Shown here one piece after another: positions 26,204 through 38,300 of a stretch of 64,000 nucleotides of DNA (its first letter is position 1; every line of letters starts with the position of its first letter). The notes beneath the pieces are model-generated. The model worked only from the letters and a program-made list of their open reading frames with translations, had not been told where the DNA came from and ran no database searches. The stretch comes from Haplodiscus bocki (taxonomy: Eukaryota), in the NCBI GenBank assembly GCA_965655095.1, contig OZ296651.1:117552001-117616000 (forward strand). Direction: 5' to 3'. The position numbers and the translations under genes were made by a program.

Positions 26204-27249
26204 CGCTTTTTAGCCACACAAAACATTTGCGAGGCGGGGTAGGGGCCCCTGTGCCGAGCTTCAATTGCCAAGTTTACACTTACCCGCACCCACCCGGTGA
26301 AAATACGATCTCGAAACCTAACCATACGATTTTGATCAAACTATGCATGTGGATATAGTCCGCCGATGTATGAAGATTTTTGGCACTTACATCATTTTTT
26401 TTCTTTTCGTTGGGGAGATATGACGCAATGATCCTGTTTTTTTGCAGGTTTCGATGTTTTTTTCGCAATATCTCCACACTTTAACCATAGCATTGGAGTC
26501 AAATTTTTTGTGTGAAGCACAATTGTTGTGGACTACCTACACGCCAAAAATTTTCGGCCAGGGCTTTTTGCCCTAGGAGATATGACCTTTCAAAGTTGTC
26601 AAAAATAGGCCAAAATCGACCAATTTGTCATTTCTCCCAAGTTGATGTTAAAAAGTGATGTGAGCCTTCGTCACAACGTGACGGGACTTGTGTCAAATGA
26701 AAGATAATTTTCCGACAAAAAAACAGTTTCGGTCAAACTGCCAAAAATAATGACGGTTATGACGAAAATCCCGAAAAAAAACCAAAAACTCCGAAATTTT
26801 TTTTTCTCATTAGAATATTTTCCCTTGATAAGTTGCGCGATTTCTTCGCCCAAAATCTTCCTCCTTTTGGAAAAAGTTCAAGATCACGTAGAAGGTTTAC
26901 GTAGAACAAATTTCCTGAATTTCATTCAAAAAACAAACAAACGGTTGAAGTACCTATAAGTAAGGGACAAAAATTGAGAATCAAAAGTAGCATCACCTTC
27001 GCCCCGTTTTTCCGTAGATTAGCGCAGCGTTTCGGAGGAAAATCGGGGCATAAAACAATTCAACATAACTTCTTTTATCCACTTTTGTAAGTTTTTATGA
27101 CAGAAGGCTCCAAAAATGTAGTTTTTCATTCAAACTGGGGAAAGTACCTAACATGGAACGTTTCATAGGAACAGAGAAAATACATGTACTGGCACAAAAA
27201 AAGAACCAGTGGCCGCCAACTGGTGAATTTCACCGTTGCCTCCACTGGG
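26187..27249. mobile_element. S1: ~1.05-kb non-autonomous mini-element
   Basis: Terminal module plus ~450-bp tail between cores at 26187 and 27239; related copies at 29429-30424 and 45426-46492; no credible ORF. Confidence 0.85.
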
Positions 27250-27255
27250 TGGTCA
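27206..27255 (+). repeat. Junction motif J3 (S1|C'), core 27239-27249
   Basis: CCAGTGGCCGCCAACTGGTGAATTTCACCGTTGCCTCCACTGGGTGGTCA; includes the GGTGAA-T-TTCACC inverted repeat. Confidence 0.9.
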
Positions 27256-29417
27256 GGGATGTAACCTTTTCGGAATCCGAGGCCGGGGAGGGTCCCGCTG
27301 CCGAGGTTAAATAATAATACGGTAAAAATACATCATACCGCATGGGGGGACTGGGAAGCCGATCTCGGGTCCTACCCGATAGAATTTATTCATATATTGC
27401 ATGCGGTCCTAAAATGGCGAGGTTAGAAAGGGGAAGAGGGAAAAAACTTTTTCCATTCACAACGTGATGAGTTATGACGGAATGATAGTGTTTTTTGCCC
27501 CAAATTTGAATTCTCATCGGTCTAGTTCCACATCTACCCGATACAATTGGCCCAAATTTTGTGTATGAGGCACAAATGATTTCAACAATTTGCATGCCAA
27601 AAATTTTTGGCCCAGCCCTTTTCGTTCGGGAAATAGGCGCTGATGAATTTTTAGATTTTTGCAAAAAATGCGTCATTCCGTCAATTTTGATCGCCAAAAA
27701 CAACTATTTCTCGTGCGCTAGCCTTCGCGAAGGGAGCCAAAACTGAACCGGCAATTGATTTTGATTCGCCAAAAATTTTCGGCCAAAATGCCGAAAAAAA
27801 ATGACGGATATGACGGGAAGAAAATGACGGAAATGACGGGTTTTTTTTTCAAAAAAAAAAATTTTTTTTCGGAAATGTTCTTTTTTTGCGCGTAGAATGC
27901 GCCTAACAATGTTACACAGTCTCTAGACCAGTGATTGTTGACAGTTTGACCGTAGTATACCTCGTATGAGATGTTTTTTTTTGGGAAACACAATTTTGAA
28001 CTGGTTAGGCATTACTGATGTAACCTACCATTTTTTCATTCATACATTTTTTTCGCATTAAGTACAATGTCATACATATTTTAAATCTTGGATCAGAGCT
28101 CTCTGTTGGTTGTAGAATGTAAAAGGTGCTTCCAATACGTGTCATGCCTTTTGAAAATATAAAAAAAAATTGGCAATTTTTTGCATTCAATTTCAATTAT
28201 TTTTGCAAGAAATTTTGAGTTTGTTGTATTATTGTTCTCAGCAAATTAGACGTTCTTTCGTTTTCCCTGTCAAGTTTGTTCGTAGAAACTAGCAGTGTAT
28301 GTTTTTTTCAGGGTTGCATTGCATGAGTTGAACTTCTTTTTGGGCAGTGTACGTTGGAGTGTGTTATGTATTTGTTAAACGTTGCAGTGCCTTACGTATT
28401 TGTTAACTGGTTGGACAGTTTATAGTTGGCGTTCAACAAGAATTACTTTGGCAATCGACAAAATTTACATGGGGACTACATTTACGCATGAGGTTGTTTT
28501 GTTTGGTGTCCAACCCCAACACTCCTCAGTCTGTTATGGTTTTGAAACGTTTTTAACTAATCGTTTTTTTTCAACTACTCAAAGTCTTGCTGAAATCAGC
28601 TATGCATGGTAGCTTCGCCAGTAAAAGGGAAGTCTAGAATGAAAAGGTTAATAAATTAATCGATGAAGTTCATATATTTATTTGACTGAATAATTTGAAT
28701 TCAATTGTTCCAATCCGAATGAAAAGTATGTATTTGGGTCAGTTTTCATCTTTACATAGGCTATCCTCTGAGATTTTGGAATTCTTTTCCACAGACTGCT
28801 TCGGTGTAATGCATCTGGCTTTTCAAAACTTTTCCTCCACTGAATTTTGTAGATGTAGGCTCTGCCACTGAGTGTTTGTACAAAATCTTGACGAATCCCT
28901 TTTTCAGAAAATGGTGTACTCAGTTTGTTTCACTTTGTTGATGATTTGCTCTTGCTTATCGACCGTTTTGGGAAAAGATGGACTTCTTCCTGTGAACAAT
29001 GTTGGACAAGTCTCCAGCTCAGACGTCACCGTTGGGGAATTTTATGTTTCGGTGTTTCTTCATGATCAGTTGCAGTTCTTGAGGACCGCTAATTCTGGTG
29101 ATGTTTCGATGACTCGCCGAATGTTACTTCTGTTTCTCTTGAGGAGTGGTATAGAAACTAATCCTGGTCCGCCGAAAAAAAAAGAAATTTTGCAGAGAGC
29201 CCAGGAAGTGCGTAACGTGTGGGCGTTTCTATGGCAGCAAGGACTGCTCTTGTTTCCATTCATGCATTGAAAGAGCCTCAGCTGGTGAAGACTATATTGA
29301 TCGGTCGCTGTCTTCTGCGCCTTTCAATAACCTGAGTCTTTTCTCGAACGTGCCGAATTCAAAAGCTTTTTCCTGCGCAAACGCTAATTTGACGAGAATT
29401 TGCATTGATTTTGGAAT
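27239..29417 (+). mobile_element. C': truncated, diverged copy of unit C
   Basis: Aligns to 30414-32551; homology stops at 29417, followed by an 11-nt filler. Confidence 0.85.
28911..29417 (+). pseudogene. Leader with 2A-like motif plus first polyprotein codons, truncated
   Basis: MVYSVCFTLLMICSCL...LLRSGIETNPGPP, then +1 frame FCREPRKCVTCGRF. Confidence 0.75.
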
Positions 29418-29428
29418 CGAATTAAGAA

Positions 29429-30424
29429 CCGAGCTTCATAAATCAAGTTTACACCTAACCGGACCCCCCCGAAAAGGAGACGATCTCGAAACCTAACCAT
29501 ACGATTTCGATCAAACTTTGCATGTGGATAGAGTCTGCCGATGTATGAAGATTTTTGGCACTTACATCATTTTCTTTTTTTTCGTTGGGGAGATATGACG
29601 CAATGATCCTGTTTTTTGGCAGGTTTCGATGTATTTTTCGCAATATCTCCACACTTTAACCATAGCATTGGACTCAAATTTTTTCTGTGAAGCACAATTG
29701 TTGTGGACTACCTACACGCCAAAAATTTTCGGCCAGGGCTTTTTGCCCTAGGAGATATGACCTTTCAAAGTTGTCAAAAATAGGCCAAAATCGACCAATT
29801 TGTCATTTCTCCCAAGTTGATGTTAAAAAGTGATGTGAGCCTTCGTCACAACGTGACGGGACTTGTGTCAAATGAAAGATAATTTTCCGACAAAAAAACA
29901 GTTTCGGTCAAACTGCCAAAAATAATGACGGTTATGACGAAAATCCCGAAAAAAAACCAAAAACTCCGAAATTTTTTTTTCTCATTAGAATATTTTCCCT
30001 TGATAAGTTGCGCGATTTCTTCGCCCAAAATCTTCCTCCTTTTGGAAAAAGTTCAAGATCACGTAGAAGGTTTACGTAGAACAAATTTCCTGAATTTCAT
30101 TCAAAAAACAAACAAACGGTTGAAGTACCTATAAGTAAGGGACAAAAATTGAGAATCAAAAGTAGCATCACCTTCGCCCCGTTTTTCCGTAGATTAGCGC
30201 AGCGTTTCGGAGGAAAATCGGGGCATAAAACAATTCAACATAACTTCTTTTATCCACTTTTGTAAGTTTTTATGACAGAAGGCTCCAAAAATGTAGTTTT
30301 TCATTCAAACTGGGGAAAGTACCTAACATGGAACGTTTCATAGGAACAGAGAAAATACATGTACTGGCACAAAAAAAGAACCAGTGGCCGCCAACTGGTG
30401 AATTTCACCGTTGCCTCCACTGGG
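29429..30424. mobile_element. S2: mini-element lacking its first ~65 bp; ends at junction J4 (core 30414-30424)
   Basis: Near-identical to S1 at offset 3175; its start matches 63422 onward. Confidence 0.85.
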
Positions 30425-32044
30425 TGGTCAGGGATGTAACCTTTTCGGAATCCGAGGCCGGGGAGGGTCCCGCTGCCGAGGTTAAATAATAATACGGTAA
30501 AAATACATCATACCGCATGGGGGGACTGGGAAGCCGATCTCGGGTCCTACCCGATAGAATTTATTCATATATTGCATGCGGTCCTAAAATGGCGAGGTTA
30601 GAAAGGGGAAGAGGGAAAAAACTTTTTCCATTCACAACGTGATGAGTTATGACGGAATGATAGTGTTTTTTGCCCCAAATTTGAATTCTCATCGGTCTAG
30701 TTCCACATCTACCCGATACAATTGGCCCAAATTTTGTGTATGAGGCACAAATGATTTCAACAATTTGCATGCCAAAAATTTTTGGCCCAGCCCTTTTTGT
30801 TCGGGAGATAGGCGCTGATGAATTTGTAAATTTTTGCAAAAAATGCGTCATTCCGTCATTTTTGATCGCCAAAACCAACTTTTTCTCGTATGCTAGCCTT
30901 CGCTAAGGATGCCAAAACTGAACCGGCAATTGATTTCGGTTAACCAGAAATTTTCGATCGAAATGCCGAAAAAAAATGACGGATATGACGGGAAAAAAAT
31001 GACGGAAATGACGGATATTTTTGTGAGAAAAAAAAAATTTTCCCGGGAAAGGATCGCTTTGCGCGTAAAAAGCACCTAAAAACGCTGGAATTGATCGTTT
31101 TGCGCGTAAAATGCGGCTAACAATGTTTCGCAGCTTCTACACAAGTGGTCGTTGACACTTTGACAGTATTTTGTCTCATATGACACAGTTTTTTCAGCTA
31201 AACTCAAATTTAATCTAGTTAGGCGTTACTTATGTAAGTTATATTTTATAATCCTACATTTTTTCTCATCAAGTATAATGGCATACATAAATTATATCTT
31301 GGATCAGGGCTCTTTGTTGGTTGTAGAATGCAATAGATGCTTCCATTACGTGTCATTCATTTTGAAAAATAAAAATAAAAGTTTTGGCAATAAGTTTTGC
31401 ATTCCATTTCAATTGTTTGCCAGAAATTTTAAGTTTGTTATATTATTGTTCTGAGCATCTATGAGGTTCTTTCGTTTTCCTTGTTATGTTTTTTTGTAGA
31501 AATCAGCAGTGTTGGAACTTTCCACGTTTGCATTACGAGAGTTGAACCTCTTTCATGCCTTGTAAGTTGGAGTGTGTTATGTAATTGTTAATTTTTTTGG
31601 TCAGTTTATGGTTGGCGTTCAACAAGCACCACTTTGGCATTCGACAAGGAATATTTTGAGAGTATACTTACTCAGCAGTTTGTTTTGTTTGGTGTACAAC
31701 GCTAACAGTCCTCATTGTTTTGAATTTGAATCGTATTTAACTAATCATTTTTTCAAGTACTGCAAGTCTTGCTGAAATCACACAAGCATGGTATTTTCGG
31801 CATTAAAAACGAAAAGTCACTGAAGAGACAGTTAAAAATTCAACTGGTGAACTTCAAATATTCAATGCAGTGAATCTTTTGAATTCAAATGATCCAACTG
31901 TTTTTGAAGTTCCTTTCGATAGAAGATTTTTCTGTAACGCATGTGGCTGTTTCAAAGCCTTCATTGACTGAGTTTTATAGATGTAGGCGCCGCCACTGAG
32001 TGTTGATGGGTGTACAGAGTTTTGACGAATCTCATTTTCAGAAA

Positions 32045-32317
32045 ATGGTTTACTCACTTTGTTTAACTTTGTTGATGATTTGGTCTTCTTTATGGACAGT
32101 TTTGGAAAAAGATGGAATTGTTTATGTGAACAATGTCGGAGAAGTCTTCAGCTCAGACGTCACCGTTGGGGAATTTTGTGTCTCTTTGTGTCTTCAGGAT
32201 CACTTGCAGTTTATGAGGATCGGCAATTCTGATGAGGTTTCGATGACTCGCAGAATGTTACTTTTGTTTCTGTTGAGAAGTGGTATAGAAACCAACCCTG
32301 GCCCGCCAAAAAAAAAA
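32045..32317 (+). CDS. Leader peptide: hydrophobic N-terminus and 2A-like (StopGo-like) motif
   Basis: MVYSLCLTLLMIWSSLWTVL...MLLLFLLRSGIETNPGPP; ATG preceded by TTTTCAGAAA; only synonymous changes vs C' across the last 22 codons. Confidence 0.7.
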
Positions 32318-32321
32318 GAAA

Positions 32322-35300
32322 TTGTGCAGAGAGCCCAGGAAATGCGTAACATGTGGGCGTTTTTATGGCAGCAAAGACTGCTCCTGTTTCCAATCATCCA
32401 TGGTAAAAGCCTCAGCTGGTGAAGACTATATTGATCGGTCGCTGTCTTCTGCGCCTTTCAATAACCTGAGTCTTTTCTCGAACGTGCCGAATTCAAAAGC
32501 TTTTTCCTGCGCAAACGCTAATTTGACGAGAATTTGCATTGATTTTGGAATACCGTTTGTGGGGACACCACTGAACACACACTTGTTGGGTGCCATTTCT
32601 TTGAACGGTTTGTTTCCATCACAAACTCATCCTGTTCCAGGTGACGGTAATTGTTTGTTCTCTGCTTTAGCGGTGTCAATTGGGTCGCAAGCTTGGTATC
32701 ATTCAAAACTGCGCCAGCGTATTTGTTCGGCTTTACCCTCGCTAGATATTGCTCCGCATTTTTTGGAAATTTACACAACCATTGATAGAAATGTTGTGGT
32801 ACAGACAGCTTCAAACGTGAACGAATATTTGAATCGTTCCGGAATGCGATCAAATGGTGTGTATGGGACTTGTGTAGAGATCTATGGCTTCGCCCAAATT
32901 GCGGTGGTTGATGTTCACGTTTACCATTGCATGACAAAATTGTGGATAGTGTATAGCTATGCCGGAGATCGTGCTACAGTGGACGTTCCATCTGTGTTCC
33001 TGGTACATACTCATGCAGGTAATCATTTTGAAACGGTAGCAGTGTTGTCCGCAGAAATTCCAACTTCACAGCAAATTTTGCCTCATGGTTGCGTCCAGAC
33101 TTCATTCCCAGATACGGCATCACAATGCAATCTGATTTCCGCGTCAATTGATGCGAACACTTGTGCTCCAAAATGTAGTGCGTGTTCTGAATGTGATGTT
33201 TTGCCTCATTTGTGCAATGAAGGCCTCAAATCAAGCTCTCTTGGATTGGGCGGTATCCACAACGATCGTTTGTTGCCCGGCAACAATTTTTTAAGCGGAG
33301 CGAAAATTGATTGTGAAAAAAATGTTTCCAGTTGTGTTGCATTCAGCCCAGGCGTTGCCTTCAATTCCCTGCCTCAGCAGATCCATTCCACGCAATCCAC
33401 TTACAATGACACAGCCACAATGATAGAGGAGAAAAATGAGGTCAGTCAACATGCGGATGCCTCGGGTAACTCGTGTGTTTTCACGTCTACTTTTTCAGCC
33501 GACAAAGTACAAAGTACAGAAATGTGCAATAAATGTTGTCGAATTTCAACTTCTGCTTATCCTTTGGAATGGCAAAGTCTTGAAAAAAAAGCAGTCAAAC
33601 GAAGAAGATTTGGTTTGCGACCTACTGCTACATGTTTGGTCTGCCAAAGCTGTTTCAATTACAATAACGAGGGAAATTGTTGGCGGTATGCTTGGCCTTC
33701 CGTAATTCATTCGTTACTGAAGGATCTCAGCATTCGAGATGGTACTATGAAAAAAATTGTTTCGTTTTTACCTCCGGAAATACGTGACAGTTGGGCTATG
33801 TGTCAACATTTGCATCCTGCTGTTTCTATGGCTGATCGAGCTGTTCTAGTTGATATAACAAAAGGGAAGCAAGTTTTTCTGAACAAAGTAAATTGGGTGT
33901 TTTCACTGATTTGGAGGAAGCCTTAGATAGTGAATGTTATCCAAATTGTAGATGTCCCTTCGGTTGTTTCACATTTGTTGAAGAAACTGGTCAAATCGCT
34001 TTCAACCACCTTGTAAATGGAATTTTGCCTTCATTCACATCGTTCAACTCTGATTACTTGAACCATTTTCGAGGTGCAAGAGACGATTGGTTGAAACCAA
34101 TGAAAATTTTGGATGCGTTTGATGTTTCCGGCTTTGTCAGTGTTAATGAGACCTATGGTCTTGTTGTAGGAACTTGTGTGAATCATAGCAATGGGTCTCA
34201 GCTGCAGTATCTTCACCCGCCTGCACACCCGTTTTTAGGACGTTTCAGTGTTCCTACCAACGACAGGTTGGCATTTGTTGCTCCAAATTTGCGTATATTG
34301 AAGAACGCCAAAGCTAATTACGCTAGTCACACTTTCCAGTTGTTGAAAGCTGTTGGTAATTATTCAGGAATTAGCAGCATTCGGTTGAGCTCTAAACGCC
34401 GTTGGGATATTACTTCGGATTTGTTGAACAAGGCTGAATCCCAATGCAGTTTTTACCGCAGCGATATTCAATGTTTTTTGAATAACTTCGTGTCCTCTGG
34501 CGAAATAACTGATGAAATCCGACAAGGCATTCAAAGTAAACCCAACATTGAACAATCGGCTGCTTGTCTTTCTGCGTCAACAAGCGTGTCAATTCTAGAT
34601 ACTTATCGTTTATTCAGTTCACCTGGATTATCTGATGGACAACGCTTGTGCGCAAAATTCAAGTCTGTCACGTTCGCTCAGCCTCCCAATTTTTTTGGTT
34701 CTTCTCCTCCAAAAGTTTTGAGCTCCAAGACTTACTTTTTGTCGTTGCTGCAAACATTATTTTGTATCTCTCCTCAACTGTGTCGATCTTTATCAGATGC
34801 AACTGCTGTTGATAATGCGATATTTCCTTTGATGCATCTTTTGGACCCTGTAATTTTCCCAAGGTTGCGTCGTTGCAAAAGAAAAACTGTGGATGCTTCT
34901 ATGAGTGATGAATTGTCCAAGTTGTTTACTAGATTTCCGGAAAGTCCATCTCGTTGCCTCAGTTACGGTGTCTCACAATTTTGTGATGATGTCATCCATG
35001 AAGACCTAGCAAGCCGTCAAGATATTTTGCCTTTTTTGGAAGCTCAGGAGTTTGATGGTGTTAATGTTATACTTTTTTCATACGCGGGGGTAAATACTTT
35101 GCGTCCTAAATTCAAAGCTCCTCTGAACTTTAAAACTGGTCAGTCCGTTTTCGAGTTGAAATTTATTGCTACTGAAGGTTTAGGGAGTCGTAATAACATT
35201 CTTTTGAGGCATGGTGGGGTTTTCCAAGGTTTTTGGGCGTACAAAAGCAAAAGTATTTTCCCTGAACAGGTGAGGTTGCCTTGTGATACAGCGGTTGATC

Positions 35301-38300
35301 ATTTTATCAATGACTATTGGAACATTTGTGTCTACTATCGACAGACGTCTGCCGATATTGATGAGCTGCGGTCAAAATTTTTTGAAACACTGGCAGGCCA
35401 GGGAAAGTTTTTTTGTAAGAATCATTCTCTGTTACTCACCCGTGATTTTCCTTCCAGTGGTTTCAAATGCTCATGTGGTAGAAGTTCTTTTTTACGTTGT
35501 CCAGTGTCTGGCTGTGGGGCAAGTGTTTGCAGAATGCATTCTAAACAAGATAGTCAGGAGAGACAGTTTGTTTCCGATGATAACAAAGGGATCTGTAGTG
35601 AGTCCACGAAAATCTCAGCGTGCGATTCAAGTCAGTTAGATGATTGTGGCTATAGTCTTATTTCTGTTGATTCACAGAATCGGTCCAGATCGCCTACCAA
35701 CACGGTCACGTCCTCGGAATTTGTTACCAATCCTGGGCTTTTAGGGGAAGAATCTGAAGGATCGCATGTTTCGCTGCCTGTTACAACTGCTGCTGGAGAT
35801 TCAACTGTTGTTTTGCAACGTGATTTCCGAACAGACAGCACTGATTTTCAGCTCCCGCTTCATGTTTTTTTGAATGGCCAATGCGGTTTACTGAAAAGGA
35901 ATAAAGGGTCTCCGTTGTATGTTGCAGCTAGACATAAAAGAATTTTGGAGAACATCACCGCGACGTCGCCCCCCAACTCTGTCCCTTTGCTTCAGCCGGA
36001 AGCCATGTTGTTTCCGTCCATCTTTTGGCACCAAAACGCAGACGGCAGTTATTCTGGTGCAATACCTTCTCCCTTGTATAATGATCAGAAGCAAAACGAA
36101 TTGCTCGGTTTCGCAAGTTTAGAACAACATTCACAAACGCGCTTGAAAGATTCGTCTCTGTTGACGTCAACAGATCCTCGTTACGTCCAATACGTATTTG
36201 ACACAATTTTTAACCTACAGCTGCGTGTCAATGACACGAGAATCGTTTTGAACAGAGGTTGGAGTGAAGCGGCTCGGCAACGAAAGAATGTTCATGCCAT
36301 GCGAGAAGGTGCAATTTTTTTCGATCAATGTGATTCTCGGAAGAATGTTAATGAACTGGGAGCAGCTTTGAAAGAACGGCCAGCTACATATTTTTTCACT
36401 TACACTTGTGGGCAGTCGACGCATCCTGGCTTGAGAAAAATTTTCAGTGCGTTGGACGCAAAGTTTCCGAAAGACGTATGTAAAGAGGAGGACCGAAAAT
36501 CAGCGATTCAATCTGAAATGGTCACAATGTTGAGAGCGTGGGAGCGAGCTTCTCGTCTTGTCATGAAGTACATTGAAACGTCACCCGAGCGGCCACTGGG
36601 AAAAGTTGATAAGATTTGGTATCGATATGAGTTTCAAGATGAAGCTAGTGGATTCCCTCATGTACATGCTTTGATTTGGACGTCAGAAGATTGTTTTAGT
36701 GAAGCAGTAAGGTCTAGAGTTTGTTGCTCGGCAACAACTTTTCTGGGGAACTTATTGACTGAAGTTGGTTTGCACAATTATAGTTTGGATGATTTGACCG
36801 AGTTACGAGATCTATTCAACCGTTATCAATCACACAACTGTTTTAAAGCAAAGTTTCGTTGTCAGAAAAAAACTGACAGAATGGAGGAAAAAACCTGCCG
36901 AGTGCCGAAATATCCTCATTGTGCTGGCTTTACCTACAAATGTATTCACAAACAATTGTCGGAAGAAACGATAGCAGTTTTGAAAAAGCTCAAATTAGCT
37001 GAGTCGAGTGACTTTGATTGTTCGGTCACCATTGATCAGCGTCTTTGTGGCGGCAAGCATCATTATCCAACAGAAATTAAAACACACATTTCTCCGACAA
37101 ACGCCAAAATTTTTGCGCTCGTCCGATCTAGCAACAATCTACAAATTTGCGACATATACATGAGTAGCCGTTATTTGTCAAAGTATGTTGCAGGCGTGGA
37201 GGAACGCACCGAAGTTTCTATTTCTACGTCAAATGGAACCTATATGTACGACTTCCATGTTGATGAACAGGTGAACAACAAAATTGCTGGAGTGTACTTG
37301 ACCAATATGAACAAGGAGAGAAAGCCGAATAAAAAGTGTTTAAACTCTCGCATTTTGAGTCTGACAGAATCCGTGTGGTGGTCATTGCAATTTCCCTATG
37401 TCGTGACCAATATTCAGTTCATTCACGTTGTCACTGCCCCGCGAGAGAAACGGGCTGGAATAGTTATTGAACCGAAATGCAGACTTTCCAACAGCAATCA
37501 AAGTCCTCTTTTTGGGAGGCAGAGTTCAATTAGACACAGCAAAGGATTTCCTCCTCATCGTTGCTTCACGGAAAATCAGAAGTTGCTGATAATTGATGCA
37601 GAAAAAAGTTCCTTTTCTCCAGACAAAATAACCGTTTTTGGTGTACGTCCCCCCGAACTAACGTTTGTTCTCAAAGTGGAAAACTATTTCACTTGGTTTT
37701 GCCGCTTCCGAAAGCCCTTAAAGGTGGCACCAGAAAGTTTATTAAAGAAAAACATAACTAAATCACGTTGGGTGGATGGCCTCGGCTTTTGTGTATACCT
37801 TAATTCCTTGTATAAAGAAGACTTTTTCAACTACTGTCGCAACTTTTCTAGTGGGGTCCCTCGTTTCTCCACGCAATGTCTTGAAGCCATTGCATGTACA
37901 ACGAGCGATGCGAGTCACAAATTCATTTATCAGAAAAAGGTTCACCAAACTCAAGTAGTTTTGTCGAACGTTGTTCCGAGGAACACAACCAACTTTCTGA
38001 CCCATATTCTGTTGTCTCTTGGAGAATACGTAACCGAACTTGACATTTTTTCTCAATCGAATATGAAATCTGCGTTTTTTGAGGCCTCTTTGGCGAGCTC
38101 TCCTTTGGGATGCGAAGATTCCGAAATTATTGATGTTGATCGGCGCTTTGTGCTTGAACAATTACGTTATTATCCAGGATCATCTACTTTACTAGATCGG
38201 TTCGTTACGAGTGCCTATTTGTGCATCCAGCAGGCAGCACAAAATAATTCAGTCATTTTTCCGAGCTCAACACCGCGAGTTTTAGAACAGAGTATTGTGG

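Noticed and set aside
26280-26959. Recurrent short ORFs in terminal modules and antisense ORFs over the polyproteins
   Set aside because: Recurrence reflects DNA repeats or shadow frames, with no coding signature.
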